Assembly (NCBI GenBank): GCA_016181305.1
Contig: JACOZN010000016.1
Location: 1 to 24,701 of the forward strand
Length of the DNA: 24,701 bases
Direction: 5' to 3'
Origin: Candidatus Woesearchaeota archaeon
GTDB taxonomy: Archaea > Nanobdellota > Nanobdellia > Woesearchaeales > GW2011-AR4
The notes under the pieces were generated by a model that saw only the letters and a program-made list of their open reading frames with translations, did not search any database and had not been told where the DNA came from. Shown here piece after piece: positions 1 through 7,580 of this stretch. A program made the position numbers and the translations under genes. Every line of letters begins with the position of its first letter. The first letter of the stretch is position 1.

Positions 1-1
1 T

Positions 2-673
2 TGCGATCAGCAAGCAAGCTATACACAAACAACTGCCCAGCAAGGCGCTGAAAAAGGCAGGGTCGTATTTGCAATTGCTGATGCGGCAGCCGACATGGGG
101 TCTGTGACAAGCGTTAAAGTCACTGTTGACGGCATAAAGGTTCATAGTGATGCAGACGGATGGGTTAACGTGTCTGCAAAAAGCCAGACTTATGATTTAA
201 TAGAATTGCACAATACGGGAACGCAGGAATTAGTTGCAGCAGCTGACATCAAGCCAGGCACCTACAACCAGATAAGGCTTGACATATCAAAGGCTGTTGT
301 TGTTGATGCCGATGGGGAGCACGAAGCAAAGCTTCCGTCAAATGAGCTGAAGATTATAAGTAATTTTGTCGTCAATGAGAATTCTACATCAACTGCAATT
401 TTTGACTTTATTGCCGATGAATCGCTTCATATAACCGGCAAAGGAGACTATATCCTTGCCCCTGTTATAAAGCTCGAGACAAAGGAAAATGCCGAAGTAA
501 GCCTGAAAAGCGGCAATAGCGTGGAAATAAAAGGAGGAATTGCCAAGGCAAGCATTAAAGTCGGAATGGACGAAAACGGGAATGTGGGGATTGGCAGGAG
601 TGTCTCCAAAGATGCTGAACTTTCAATAGAAGGCGGCAGGATAAAGGTAAAAGCAAAGATTATGATTAATTAG
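2..673 (+). CDS. DUF4382-like exported/lipoprotein (5'-partial)
   Basis: The frame is open from position 2 (CDQQASYTQ...GRVVFAIADAAADMGSVTSVKVTV). Motifs 'YNQIRLDI', 'AKLPSNELK', 'FDFIADESL..TGKG.YILAPVI' resemble DUF4382 proteins as I recall them. The first codon in the window is Cys, possibly the lipobox Cys. Confidence 0.7.
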   Translation, partial: CDQQASYTQTTAQQGAEKGRVVFAIADAAADMGSVTSVKVTVDGIKVHSDADGWVNVSAKSQTYDLIELHNTGTQELVAAADIKPGTYNQIRLDISKAVVVDADGEHEAKLPSNELKIISNFVVNENSTSTAIFDFIADESLHITGKGDYILAPVIKLETKENAEVSLKSGNSVEIKGGIAKASIKVGMDENGNVGIGRSVSKDAELSIEGGRIKVKAKIMIN

Positions 674-683
674 CTTGTTTTTG

Positions 684-697
684 GAAAAGTTTAAATA
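684..697 (+). promoter_or_regulatory. BRE/TATA promoter (GAAAAG-TTTAAATA), with SD GGTGA at 722-726
   Basis: Archaeal promoter consensus about 35 nt upstream of ATG 731. Confidence 0.55.
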
Positions 698-730
698 TAA
701 TTGAGAATAGGCAATAAAAAAGGTGATATA

Positions 731-964
731 ATGAAAAAGGTATTTTTGTTAGCTCTTATTGTTTTGGTTGTTTCTGTTGCGGCGTGCAAGCCTGCAGCCA
801 AGGCTCCTGCAGGAGATGTTATGGAAAAACCCGCAGCCACAAGCGACGCTGCTGTCGATGCTGTAGGCAATGACTTAAATAATGTTGACAGCGTTGAGAA
901 GGACTTAAGCACCAATGATCTAAGCGATCTGGACTCCGGATTGAGCGATGTTGAAAATATTTAG
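731..964 (+). CDS. Small secreted lipoprotein with acidic helical C-terminus
   Basis: MKK + hydrophobic stretch + VAAC lipobox-like motif. GGTGA SD precedes ATG 731, so the ORF-track start at 701 is probably too early. Confidence 0.75.
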   Translation: MKKVFLLALIVLVVSVAACKPAAKAPAGDVMEKPAATSDAAVDAVGNDLNNVDSVEKDLSTNDLSDLDSGLSDVENI

Positions 965-970
965 AGAACA

Positions 971-978
971 TTTATAAT
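971..978 (+). promoter_or_regulatory. TATA box (TTTATAAT) for rtcA, leaderless-type spacing
   Basis: Lies 23-30 nt upstream of ATG 1001. Confidence 0.5.
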
Positions 979-1000
979 TTAATGCTTTTTCTTTTGTTTT

Positions 1001-2092
1001 ATGATTAGGATTGACGGAAATTATGGAGAAGGCGGCGGCGCTATAGCACGCGTGGCATTGGCCCTATCGACAATAGCACAAAAGCCCTTTGAGGTTTATG
1101 ACATAAGGAAAGGGCGCAGGGATGCCGGATTGAAAAACCAGCACCTTTATTGTGTCAAATCCCTACAGGAGCTTTGCAATGCAGGGGCAGAAGGCGCTGA
1201 GCTTGGCTCCTTATGCCTGAAATATTATCCCAAAAAGATAGTAGCCAAAAACCTGGACATTGACATTGAAACAGCAGGCTCAATTACTTTGCTTATGCAG
1301 GCTTTATTGCTGCCAGCCATGTTTGCCAGCAAGCCAATGACAATATCTGTAACAGGCGGCACAGACACAAAATGGAGCCAGCCATCTGACTATTTCAGCA
1401 ACATTTTGCTGCCGCAATTGCAAAGATTTGCAAAAATTGAAGCTAGATTGCTAAAAAGGGGCTACTACCCAAAAGGCAATGGAAAAGTTGAAATAAAAAT
1501 CAATCCAAAATATAAGCTGAATGATTTTTCCAGTTTTGATGAATTTCATCAACATTTAAAACAAAATATACATCCATATAATTTAACAGAGCAACATTAC
1601 TTGATTCAAATAAAGGGAATTTCTCATGCCTCGATAGGCTTGCAGCAGGCAAAAGTTGCAGAAAGGCAGGCAGACTCTGCACAAGAAATATTCAAACAAA
1701 AATATAGTGTGCCAATTCAAGTAACAACCCAATACCAAGACACATTGTCAACAGGCTCCGGCATAACTTTATGGGCAATATTTTCAAAAAATAAAGACGA
1801 CGTTGACGAAAACAACCCCATAAGGCTTGGGGCAGACGCTTTAGGGGAGCAGGGCAAAAAGGCTGAAATAGTCGGGGAGGAGGCTGCTAAAAACCTGGTA
1901 AAGGAAATTGAAAGCAAAGCGCCTGTTGACAGGCACCTTGCAGATCAGATACTGCCGTTTATGGCTTTAGCCGGGGGTTCAATTAAAACATCTGAAATAA
2001 CAAGCCACTGCAGGACAAATATTTATACCATACATCAGTTTATGGGGGGGATTATTAGAGTTGACGAAGAAAATAAAATAATATCAACATAA
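1001..2092 (+). CDS. rtcA: RNA 3'-terminal phosphate cyclase
   Basis: N-terminal IDGNYGEGGG, 'TAGSITLL', 'RGYYPKGNG', catalytic-His motif 'DRHLADQ'. Confidence 0.95.
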   Translation: MIRIDGNYGEGGGAIARVALALSTIAQKPFEVYDIRKGRRDAGLKNQHLYCVKSLQELCNAGAEGAELGSLCLKYYPKKIVAKNLDIDIETAGSITLLMQALLLPAMFASKPMTISVTGGTDTKWSQPSDYFSNILLPQLQRFAKIEARLLKRGYYPKGNGKVEIKINPKYKLNDFSSFDEFHQHLKQNIHPYNLTEQHYLIQIKGISHASIGLQQAKVAERQADSAQEIFKQKYSVPIQVTTQYQDTLSTGSGITLWAIFSKNKDDVDENNPIRLGADALGEQGKKAEIVGEEAAKNLVKEIESKAPVDRHLADQILPFMALAGGSIKTSEITSHCRTNIYTIHQFMGGIIRVDEENKIIST

Positions 2093-2135
2093 AACAACAA
2101 CCTTTTTAAATCAACTTCTTATCCCAAATAATAAA

Positions 2136-2312
2136 ATGGCAGAACAAAAAGCAGTGTGCGCGTCGTGCAAGAGGAGGATAACAAACACAATAGGCTCTAC
2201 AAGGTTCATGTGCCCAAAGTGCGCAAAAACAGAGATTATAAGATGCAACCATTGCAGGGAGATAGCCACAAAGTACAGGTGCTCCGCCTGCAGCTTTGAA
2301 GGCCCTGACTAA
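2136..2312 (+). CDS. Small Zn-ribbon protein (DUF1610/COG2888-like, HVO_2753 family), 58 aa; not in ORF track
   Basis: Manual translation: MAEQKAVCASCKRRITNTIGSTRFMCPKCAKTEIIRCNHCREIATKYRCSACSFEGPD*. It has four CxxC motifs and a C-terminal FEGP, and lies directly upstream of EF-1beta, the known archaeal gene order. Confidence 0.92.
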   Translation: MAEQKAVCASCKRRITNTIGSTRFMCPKCAKTEIIRCNHCREIATKYRCSACSFEGPD

Positions 2313-2313
2313 G

Positions 2314-2592
2314 ATGGCCAATGTTGTTGTCACGCTTAGGGTGATGCCGCAGGATACAAGCGCAAATCTTTCTGAAATCGAGGCAAAGGCAAAAAAAGAG
2401 ATTGTTGATTTCTGCGATTCAAGGGAGTTTAGGGTAAGAGTTGAGCCAATAGCATTTGGATTGAAGGCTTTGGACATATTCTTTGTAATGGACGAGGGCA
2501 AGGGCAGCACAGAAGCCTTGGAAAAGAGGATAAGCCAGATTGACGGCGTTGAGTCAGTTGAAGTGACTGATGTAAGAAGGGCGATTGGCTAA
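2314..2592 (+). CDS. ef1b: Translation elongation factor aEF-1beta
   Basis: MANVVVTLRVMP...EPIAFGLKAL...IDGVESVEVTDVRRAIG. The ATG at 2314 lies 1 nt after the Zn-finger stop. Confidence 0.95.
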   Translation: MANVVVTLRVMPQDTSANLSEIEAKAKKEIVDFCDSREFRVRVEPIAFGLKALDIFFVMDEGKGSTEALEKRISQIDGVESVEVTDVRRAIG

Positions 2593-3314
2593 CTGAGCAA
2601 TTTCCATTCAAGCTCGGTTGGCGGTGCCTGCCAGCTTCCGCCTACAGCGGCAAGGGTGCCTTCCGCAGTCTGCACGCACAATGACTGCCCTGAATATAAA
2701 GTGGCGACTGCAGCATCCCCAATAATGCAGTCTTCTTTTTTAACATCTTTTACCGGCTTGTTCAAAGCCCTTATTTTTGCAGGCGCCAGTGCAGTGAAAT
2801 CTATATAAGTATCATACTTTCCTGAGAACAAATCGCTTCCGCTTGTCCTTATCTCGGTGAACTGGATATTGTCAAAATCATAATACATTGCAAAGCTGCT
2901 TAATTTAATCTTGCTGGAGTCCAGCATAGGCTCCGGCGCACTTTCAGGCTTGGGCGCATCAGCAGGTTTTTGCTTTTCTGCCGCCGCCGGCTGGGCTAGC
3001 GCAACCTCCACATATTCTGTTCTGCCAACCTTCACACCCACAGCCTTTTCAAAGTCTGCATAGCCCTCTTTTTTGACAATCAGGCTGTATGTGCCGACAG
3101 GAATATTGTACAGTGTTAAAGGCGTTTCGCCCTTAAGCTCGCCGTCAATATAAACCTGCGCTTGTCTCGGCTCTGAACTGACGGAAATGATTCCGGTGTC
3201 AGCAATCTCCTCTATTTCTTCCGAGAGCTTTTCCTTTGCCTGGCACCCGGCAATAATTAAAATAACGGCAAGGAATGACATAACACCTATGATTTTGCTG
3301 TTTTTCATTTTCAT
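2589..3314 (-). CDS. PEGA-domain lipoprotein
   Basis: Signal peptide ending IIAGC; PEGA motif 'ISVSSEPRQAQVYIDGELKGETPLTLYNIPVGTYSLIVKKEGYADF'; Pro/Ala linker; unknown C-terminal domain. Confidence 0.85.
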   Translation of the reverse strand: MKMKNSKIIGVMSFLAVILIIAGCQAKEKLSEEIEEIADTGIISVSSEPRQAQVYIDGELKGETPLTLYNIPVGTYSLIVKKEGYADFEKAVGVKVGRTEYVEVALAQPAAAEKQKPADAPKPESAPEPMLDSSKIKLSSFAMYYDFDNIQFTEIRTSGSDLFSGKYDTYIDFTALAPAKIRALNKPVKDVKKEDCIIGDAAVATLYSGQSLCVQTAEGTLAAVGGSWQAPPTELEWKLLS

Positions 3315-3331
3315 GCAATTACCAATGCAGC

Positions 3332-3580
3332 TATAGAGAATTTTGAAATATATTAATTTATTTAAAAATTGTTAATTTTTAAACAAAGCAAATCCAAGAT
3401 TTGCGAGTGCTCGAAAATCTGTGATTTTCGACATTTCTAAAACCTAACAGGTTTTCTCTATGTCAAAATTCTCTAAGAGAACTTTGAATGTCCTAAAAAA
3501 TTGCAATGCAATTTTTGGGAATGTCGAAAATGCTTTGCATTTTCGAACACCTCGCAATTCCAAGGACAAAGTTCTCTATA
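3332..3580. repeat. Intergenic multi-hairpin element with nested inverted repeats (MITE/REP-BIME-like)
   Basis: Six stem-loops, all with 3-nt loops (3361-3383, 3411-3431, 3439-3455, 3463-3487, 3496-3516, 3524-3546). Inner imperfect IR 3401-3437 / 3518-3557. Outer 14-bp IR with one mismatch, 3332-3345 / 3567-3580. Confidence 0.8.
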
Positions 3581-4655
3581 AAAACTTATTTATTTTCATT
3601 ATGCCAACCAGTTTCGGGTAGGGAATACCGCTTCTTAAAGAATGCCCGCTAAAATGAGTTTCGCACGCCTTATACCCAGACTTCATTATTTTCTCCATGA
3701 TTTCCTCCCTTTTCAGCAGGCTTTTTATGTTATTTTTACTGCATATATCATGCAGGTCGTAAAATCCAACAGCATTTATTCTTGACTCCTCTTTTATTGT
3801 TTTCAGGAATTTCATCAGCCCTTTGTTCTTGCTGAAATAACTGCTTTTTAATGCTTTACAATACATTGCATCAGCTAAGTTTTTATCCCATAAACCCCCA
3901 AGCCATATCGGGCCAGCGCCATTAAGCATCCCATGCTGCTTTAAGACGCTGTCAGACTTGCTTTTTCCCTTGTCATTCCTGAAAAAGACCCTCATGTAGT
4001 GCTCTTTTGAATACGAGAATATCGGAAAAAGCGCCTTGTCGTACTGAGCGCCTGCCAACTGGACTTTCCTTACCAGTATTCTCAGCCCAGTTTCATGCAT
4101 AATGGCGTCTTTTTTTGGAATTGCCCAGTATTTTCTCAAGCACGCTTTTGGAGCTGTGCCGCAAAGAGCTGAAGTGTCAGTAGCTGTTACGGCAAGAATC
4201 CCGTTTCTGGCAAGCCTCTTGCATGCAGCGTCAAGAAACGGGTTTGGGGTCCCAAACGGGTCTATATCAATATAGTCAAAGCCCGTTGAATTCAGCAGAA
4301 AAATATTGGCGTCTTGATTTTGTATGACTATTTTTGGGTTATTTTTATATTGGATATTATTTAACGCAAAGTTTTCTTTTATCAATTTTACTGCATTTTT
4401 ATCATAGTCATTAATGCAAATTCTTTTTATTTTGCTTGCACTTAGCTCCTTCAAGAACCTTATGCTTCTCACACCTGTTGCAGCCAGCGGGTCTGCCATC
4501 TGCATGCCGCTTCTGCCTGCGGAATCCAGCAACAAAACAGAAATGTCCCTGTTCAGGCTCATGGCAGGATTGTAAAAAACGCCCATGCTTCTTGACACCT
4601 TCTCCTCTTTTGGAATTTCAATTTTTGCCGAGCCTTCAATTATTTGCCTGTTCAT
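3576..4655 (-). CDS. trm1: tRNA (guanine26-N2,N2)-dimethyltransferase
   Basis: 'VFYNPAMSLNRDIS', 'DPLAATGVRSIRF', 'FDYIDIDPFGTP', 'TATDT..LCG', 'ETGLRIL'. Start probably ATG 4655, judged from TATA spacing; the ORF extends to 4673. Confidence 0.95.
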   Translation of the reverse strand: MNRQIIEGSAKIEIPKEEKVSRSMGVFYNPAMSLNRDISVLLLDSAGRSGMQMADPLAATGVRSIRFLKELSASKIKRICINDYDKNAVKLIKENFALNNIQYKNNPKIVIQNQDANIFLLNSTGFDYIDIDPFGTPNPFLDAACKRLARNGILAVTATDTSALCGTAPKACLRKYWAIPKKDAIMHETGLRILVRKVQLAGAQYDKALFPIFSYSKEHYMRVFFRNDKGKSKSDSVLKQHGMLNGAGPIWLGGLWDKNLADAMYCKALKSSYFSKNKGLMKFLKTIKEESRINAVGFYDLHDICSKNNIKSLLKREEIMEKIMKSGYKACETHFSGHSLRSGIPYPKLVGIMKINKFL

Positions 4656-4674
4656 ACGGGCAAAAAACCCCATT

Positions 4675-4710
4675 TTGAATAAAAATGTTTCCCATTACAA
4701 ACTTTTAAAA
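4675..4710. promoter_or_regulatory. Divergent TATA promoters for trm1 (-) and infB (+)
   Basis: AAACTTTTAAAA at ~4699-4710, about 25 nt before ATG 4734. On the minus strand AAACATTTTTATT lies about 25 nt before ATG 4655. Confidence 0.5.
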
Positions 4711-4733
4711 ACACCGTTCCTTTACTTTGCAGC

Positions 4734-6494
4734 ATGCTGAGGCAGCCTATAATAACCGTAATGGGGAACGTTGACAGCGGAAAAACACAGCTGCTCGACA
4801 CCATTAGAAATACGGCTATTGTTGAATCAGAGCCGGGCAGGATAACGCAAAGCATCGGCTGCTCCATAATACCAATGGAGACAATAAGGGGTATATGCGG
4901 CGCGCTGCTGGAGCAGACAAAGCTGCAGGTGAGGATCCCTGGCTTTGTCATAATTGACACTCCGGGGCATGCCGCGTTCACAAACCTGAGAAAAAGAGGG
5001 GGTAACTTGGCAGACATAGCAATAGTTGTCATTGACATAAATGAAGGAGTAAAACCGCAGACAATCGAGTGCGTTGACATACTTAAGCAGTACAAAACCC
5101 CTTTTGTCATAGCATTGAACAAGATTGACCTGCTGCCTGCATGGCAGTCAAGCCCAAAAATGGCATTGCTTGACAGCATTAAAAAACAGAGCGAGAATGC
5201 GACAATTCTTATCGAGAAAAAGCTTTACGAGATTGTGGGCAAGCTCAGCGAACTGGGCTTTGGCTCTGAAAGGTTTGACAGGGTGGAAGACTACACAAAG
5301 CAGATAGCCATCATTCCGATTTCTGCAAAGACATCAGAGGGGCTGCCTGAGCTTTTGATGGTTATAGCAGGGTTGTCCCAAAAATTCCTCGAGCAAAGCC
5401 TTAAGATTGACGTTGGAGGGAATGCAAAAGGCACTGTGCTGGAAGTAAAGGAGGAAAAAGGGCTTGGCGCAACAGCGGACGTTATAATTTATGACGGCAC
5501 TTTGAAGAAAAACGACACAATTGTCATAGGCTCTTTGAACGAGCCAATCGCGACAAAAGTCAAGGCTATGTTCGAGCCGGCGCCGCTTGCAGAGATGCGC
5601 GACAAGAGGACGAAGTTTAATGCAGTAACCCAAGTTTCAGCGGCATCAGGCGTCAAGATTTCAGCCCCTGAGATCGGGAATGTTGTTGCAGGCATGCCCC
5701 TGAGGGGCTGTGAGGCTAAAGATGTCGAAAAGGTCAAGCAGGAAATAAAAAGGGAGATTGAAGAGGTTGTAATTGAGACAGGCAAGCAGGGCATAGTGAT
5801 AAAGGCTGACACGCTTGGCAGCCTGGAAGCCCTCACAAAAATGCTGAAAGAGAAAAGCATTGAGATAAAGAAGGCAAGCATAGGCAGCATCTCAAAAAAA
5901 GATATTTCAGATGCAGAGGCAAACTATCAAAAAGACCCGTTGCAACGCGCCGTCTTGGGGTTTAATGTCGAGCTTGCCCAAAACGTTAATCCAGGCAACG
6001 TAAAAGTGCTCAGCAACAATGTAATTTACAAGCTGATGGAGGAATTTGAAAAATGGCAGGATGAGGAAAAAAAGAGGATGAGCGCTGAAACTATAGATGC
6101 ATTGTACAAGCCGTGCAAAATACAGCTGATGAAAGGCTATGTTTTCAGGCAGAATAATCCTGCCATTGCGGGATTTGAGGTGCTGGCCGGAACCCTGAAT
6201 GCAGGCACCCCTCTTATGAAAAAGGACGGCATTGCAATAACGGAAGCCAAAAGCATACAGCAGGAGCAGGAAAACATAGAAAAGGCCGAGAAAGGCAAGC
6301 AGGTCGCCGTCTCCTTGCCAAATATAACAATAGGAAGGCAGCTTCATGAAGGGGAAATACTTTACTCTGCAATTCCGGAGGGGCACTTTAAAAAATTCAA
6401 GGAATTCAAAAAGGACATTACGCCTGAGGAAATTGGGATTTTGAAGGAGATTGCAGAAATTATGAGAAAGCAGAATCCCATGTGGGGGATTTAA
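4734..6494 (+). CDS. infB: Translation initiation factor aIF5B (IF-2)
   Basis: MLRQPIITVMGNVDSGKT, 'GRITQSIG', 'DTPGHAAFTNLRKRGG', NKID, 'IKADTLGSLEAL', 'VFRQNNPAIAG'. Confidence 0.97.
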   Translation: MLRQPIITVMGNVDSGKTQLLDTIRNTAIVESEPGRITQSIGCSIIPMETIRGICGALLEQTKLQVRIPGFVIIDTPGHAAFTNLRKRGGNLADIAIVVIDINEGVKPQTIECVDILKQYKTPFVIALNKIDLLPAWQSSPKMALLDSIKKQSENATILIEKKLYEIVGKLSELGFGSERFDRVEDYTKQIAIIPISAKTSEGLPELLMVIAGLSQKFLEQSLKIDVGGNAKGTVLEVKEEKGLGATADVIIYDGTLKKNDTIVIGSLNEPIATKVKAMFEPAPLAEMRDKRTKFNAVTQVSAASGVKISAPEIGNVVAGMPLRGCEAKDVEKVKQEIKREIEEVVIETGKQGIVIKADTLGSLEALTKMLKEKSIEIKKASIGSISKKDISDAEANYQKDPLQRAVLGFNVELAQNVNPGNVKVLSNNVIYKLMEEFEKWQDEEKKRMSAETIDALYKPCKIQLMKGYVFRQNNPAIAGFEVLAGTLNAGTPLMKKDGIAITEAKSIQQEQENIEKAEKGKQVAVSLPNITIGRQLHEGEILYSAIPEGHFKKFKEFKKDITPEEIGILKEIAEIMRKQNPMWGI

Positions 6495-6496
6495 GC

Positions 6497-7102
6497 TTAG
6501 ATTTTGATTATTCTGCCGAAAGGCCCGGGGTTTATTATTTTTGTTCTTTTGATTTTGTCTTCTTTTCTGAAGTTTTCATGCAAATGCCCGCAGATCAGCA
6601 AGTCAATTTTATTATTTTTGACGAAGTCCCTTATTGACTTGTTGCCGCAGTGCCCCTGCACAAGCTTGTCAAGCCTTGTCTTGTAAGGCGGGGCATGCGT
6701 TACGAGTATTATATTTTTGTCAGGATTATTTTTGATTATTTTTTCAAATTTTTTAGCCACTATCTTTTCAAATTTTTTATCTACCAAGGCAAAGCCCCCG
6801 CCGCCATAGCCTAAGAATAATGCATTGCTTTCTATGTAATGGCTTCTATGGATAAAGATGATGTTTTTAAATGATTTTGAAAGTTTAATGAAAGTGGAAT
6901 CATCTTCATGGTTGCCATGGATAATTATTATTTTTTTATTTAGCCTATTTAATCTTCTTAGCAAGCCAACGATGCCGTGCTCAAAAATAGAGATGTCGCC
7001 GGCGCAAACAAGCAAGTCCGGATTTTGGGCTTTTGTTTTGTGCTCTATTCTTTTCAATGCAGTCAAAGAGCCATGGATGTCTGTAAAAGCTAGTATTTTC
7101 AT
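6497..7102 (-). CDS. Calcineurin-like metallophosphoesterase
   Basis: All five motifs present: DIH, GD, GNHE, TH, GHLHE. Confidence 0.92.
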   Translation of the reverse strand: MKILAFTDIHGSLTALKRIEHKTKAQNPDLLVCAGDISIFEHGIVGLLRRLNRLNKKIIIIHGNHEDDSTFIKLSKSFKNIIFIHRSHYIESNALFLGYGGGGFALVDKKFEKIVAKKFEKIIKNNPDKNIILVTHAPPYKTRLDKLVQGHCGNKSIRDFVKNNKIDLLICGHLHENFRKEDKIKRTKIINPGPFGRIIKI

Positions 7103-7163
7103 AATGCTGGGAAATAAAGCCTGTATTTAAAGGTAAGTGTTACTACTTACTGATAAGAATAAG

Positions 7164-7178
7164 AGAAAGATTTATAAA
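7164..7178 (+). promoter_or_regulatory. BRE/TATA promoter (AGAAAGA-TTTATAAA) for the mraZ-like gene
   Basis: Perfect TATA 22-29 nt upstream of ATG 7200. Confidence 0.6.
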
Positions 7179-7199
7179 GCTTAGAATTCCCCAAAAACT

Positions 7200-7580
7200 A
7201 TGGATAAGACAAAATTATTCAAAGGTAATCCAATAAAACATAGAGTACAGGATAAGCATAGGGTAAGTATACCTGCAAAATTTAGAGAATTATTGGACAA
7301 CAATATTGTTTACACGAATTATATAAATAATTACCTAATTAGATGCTATCCAAAGGCACTTTATGAATGTAGAATTTCATCCATGCTCAAAAGATCTCCA
7401 GATGATCATGAAAGACAGATATTTTTCTTAGCTGAATCTAACCAGATAGATGGTGAAGGTAGAATCCTTCTGAAAGGTCCAATGAGTGATTTAGAAGAAG
7501 TTATTTTTGCGGCAAATGGCGACGTTTTTGATATATGGAATCCAAAAGAATTTCCCTATAAGGATCACATAACTGAATAA
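7200..7580 (+). CDS. mraZ: MraZ-like tandem SpoVT/AbrB-domain DNA-binding protein
   Basis: 'QDKHRVSIPAKFRELL' matches the MraZ DxKGRxxIPxxFR motif, 'DGEGRILL' matches DxxGRI, and C-terminal 'NGDVFDIWN' matches GxGxxFEIW. Visibly more AT-rich than the flanking genes. Confidence 0.75.
   Translation: MDKTKLFKGNPIKHRVQDKHRVSIPAKFRELLDNNIVYTNYINNYLIRCYPKALYECRISSMLKRSPDDHERQIFFLAESNQIDGEGRILLKGPMSDLEEVIFAANGDVFDIWNPKEFPYKDHITE

Noticed and set aside
701-730. ORF-track starts at 701, 2296, 15732, 18157, 19635 and 24643
   Set aside because: SD/TATA spacing or open upstream frames favour 731, 2314, 15714, 18163, 19644 and an off-window start, respectively.
3393-3564. CRISPR array interpretation of the hairpin cluster
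   Set aside because: No identical direct repeats with unique spacers; the units are variable palindromes, and no cas genes are present.
3393-3564. tRNA or rRNA interpretation; TCCAAG at 3393-3398 and 3559-3564 as a target-site duplication
   Set aside because: No D/T-loop or anticodon-arm consensus. The hexamers do not sit flush with the inverted-repeat ends and could be chance.
3576-4655. Trm1 lacking a Zn-finger between RVFF and GPIWLG
   Set aside because: Zn-finger-less Trm1 variants are known in archaea, so this is not unusual.
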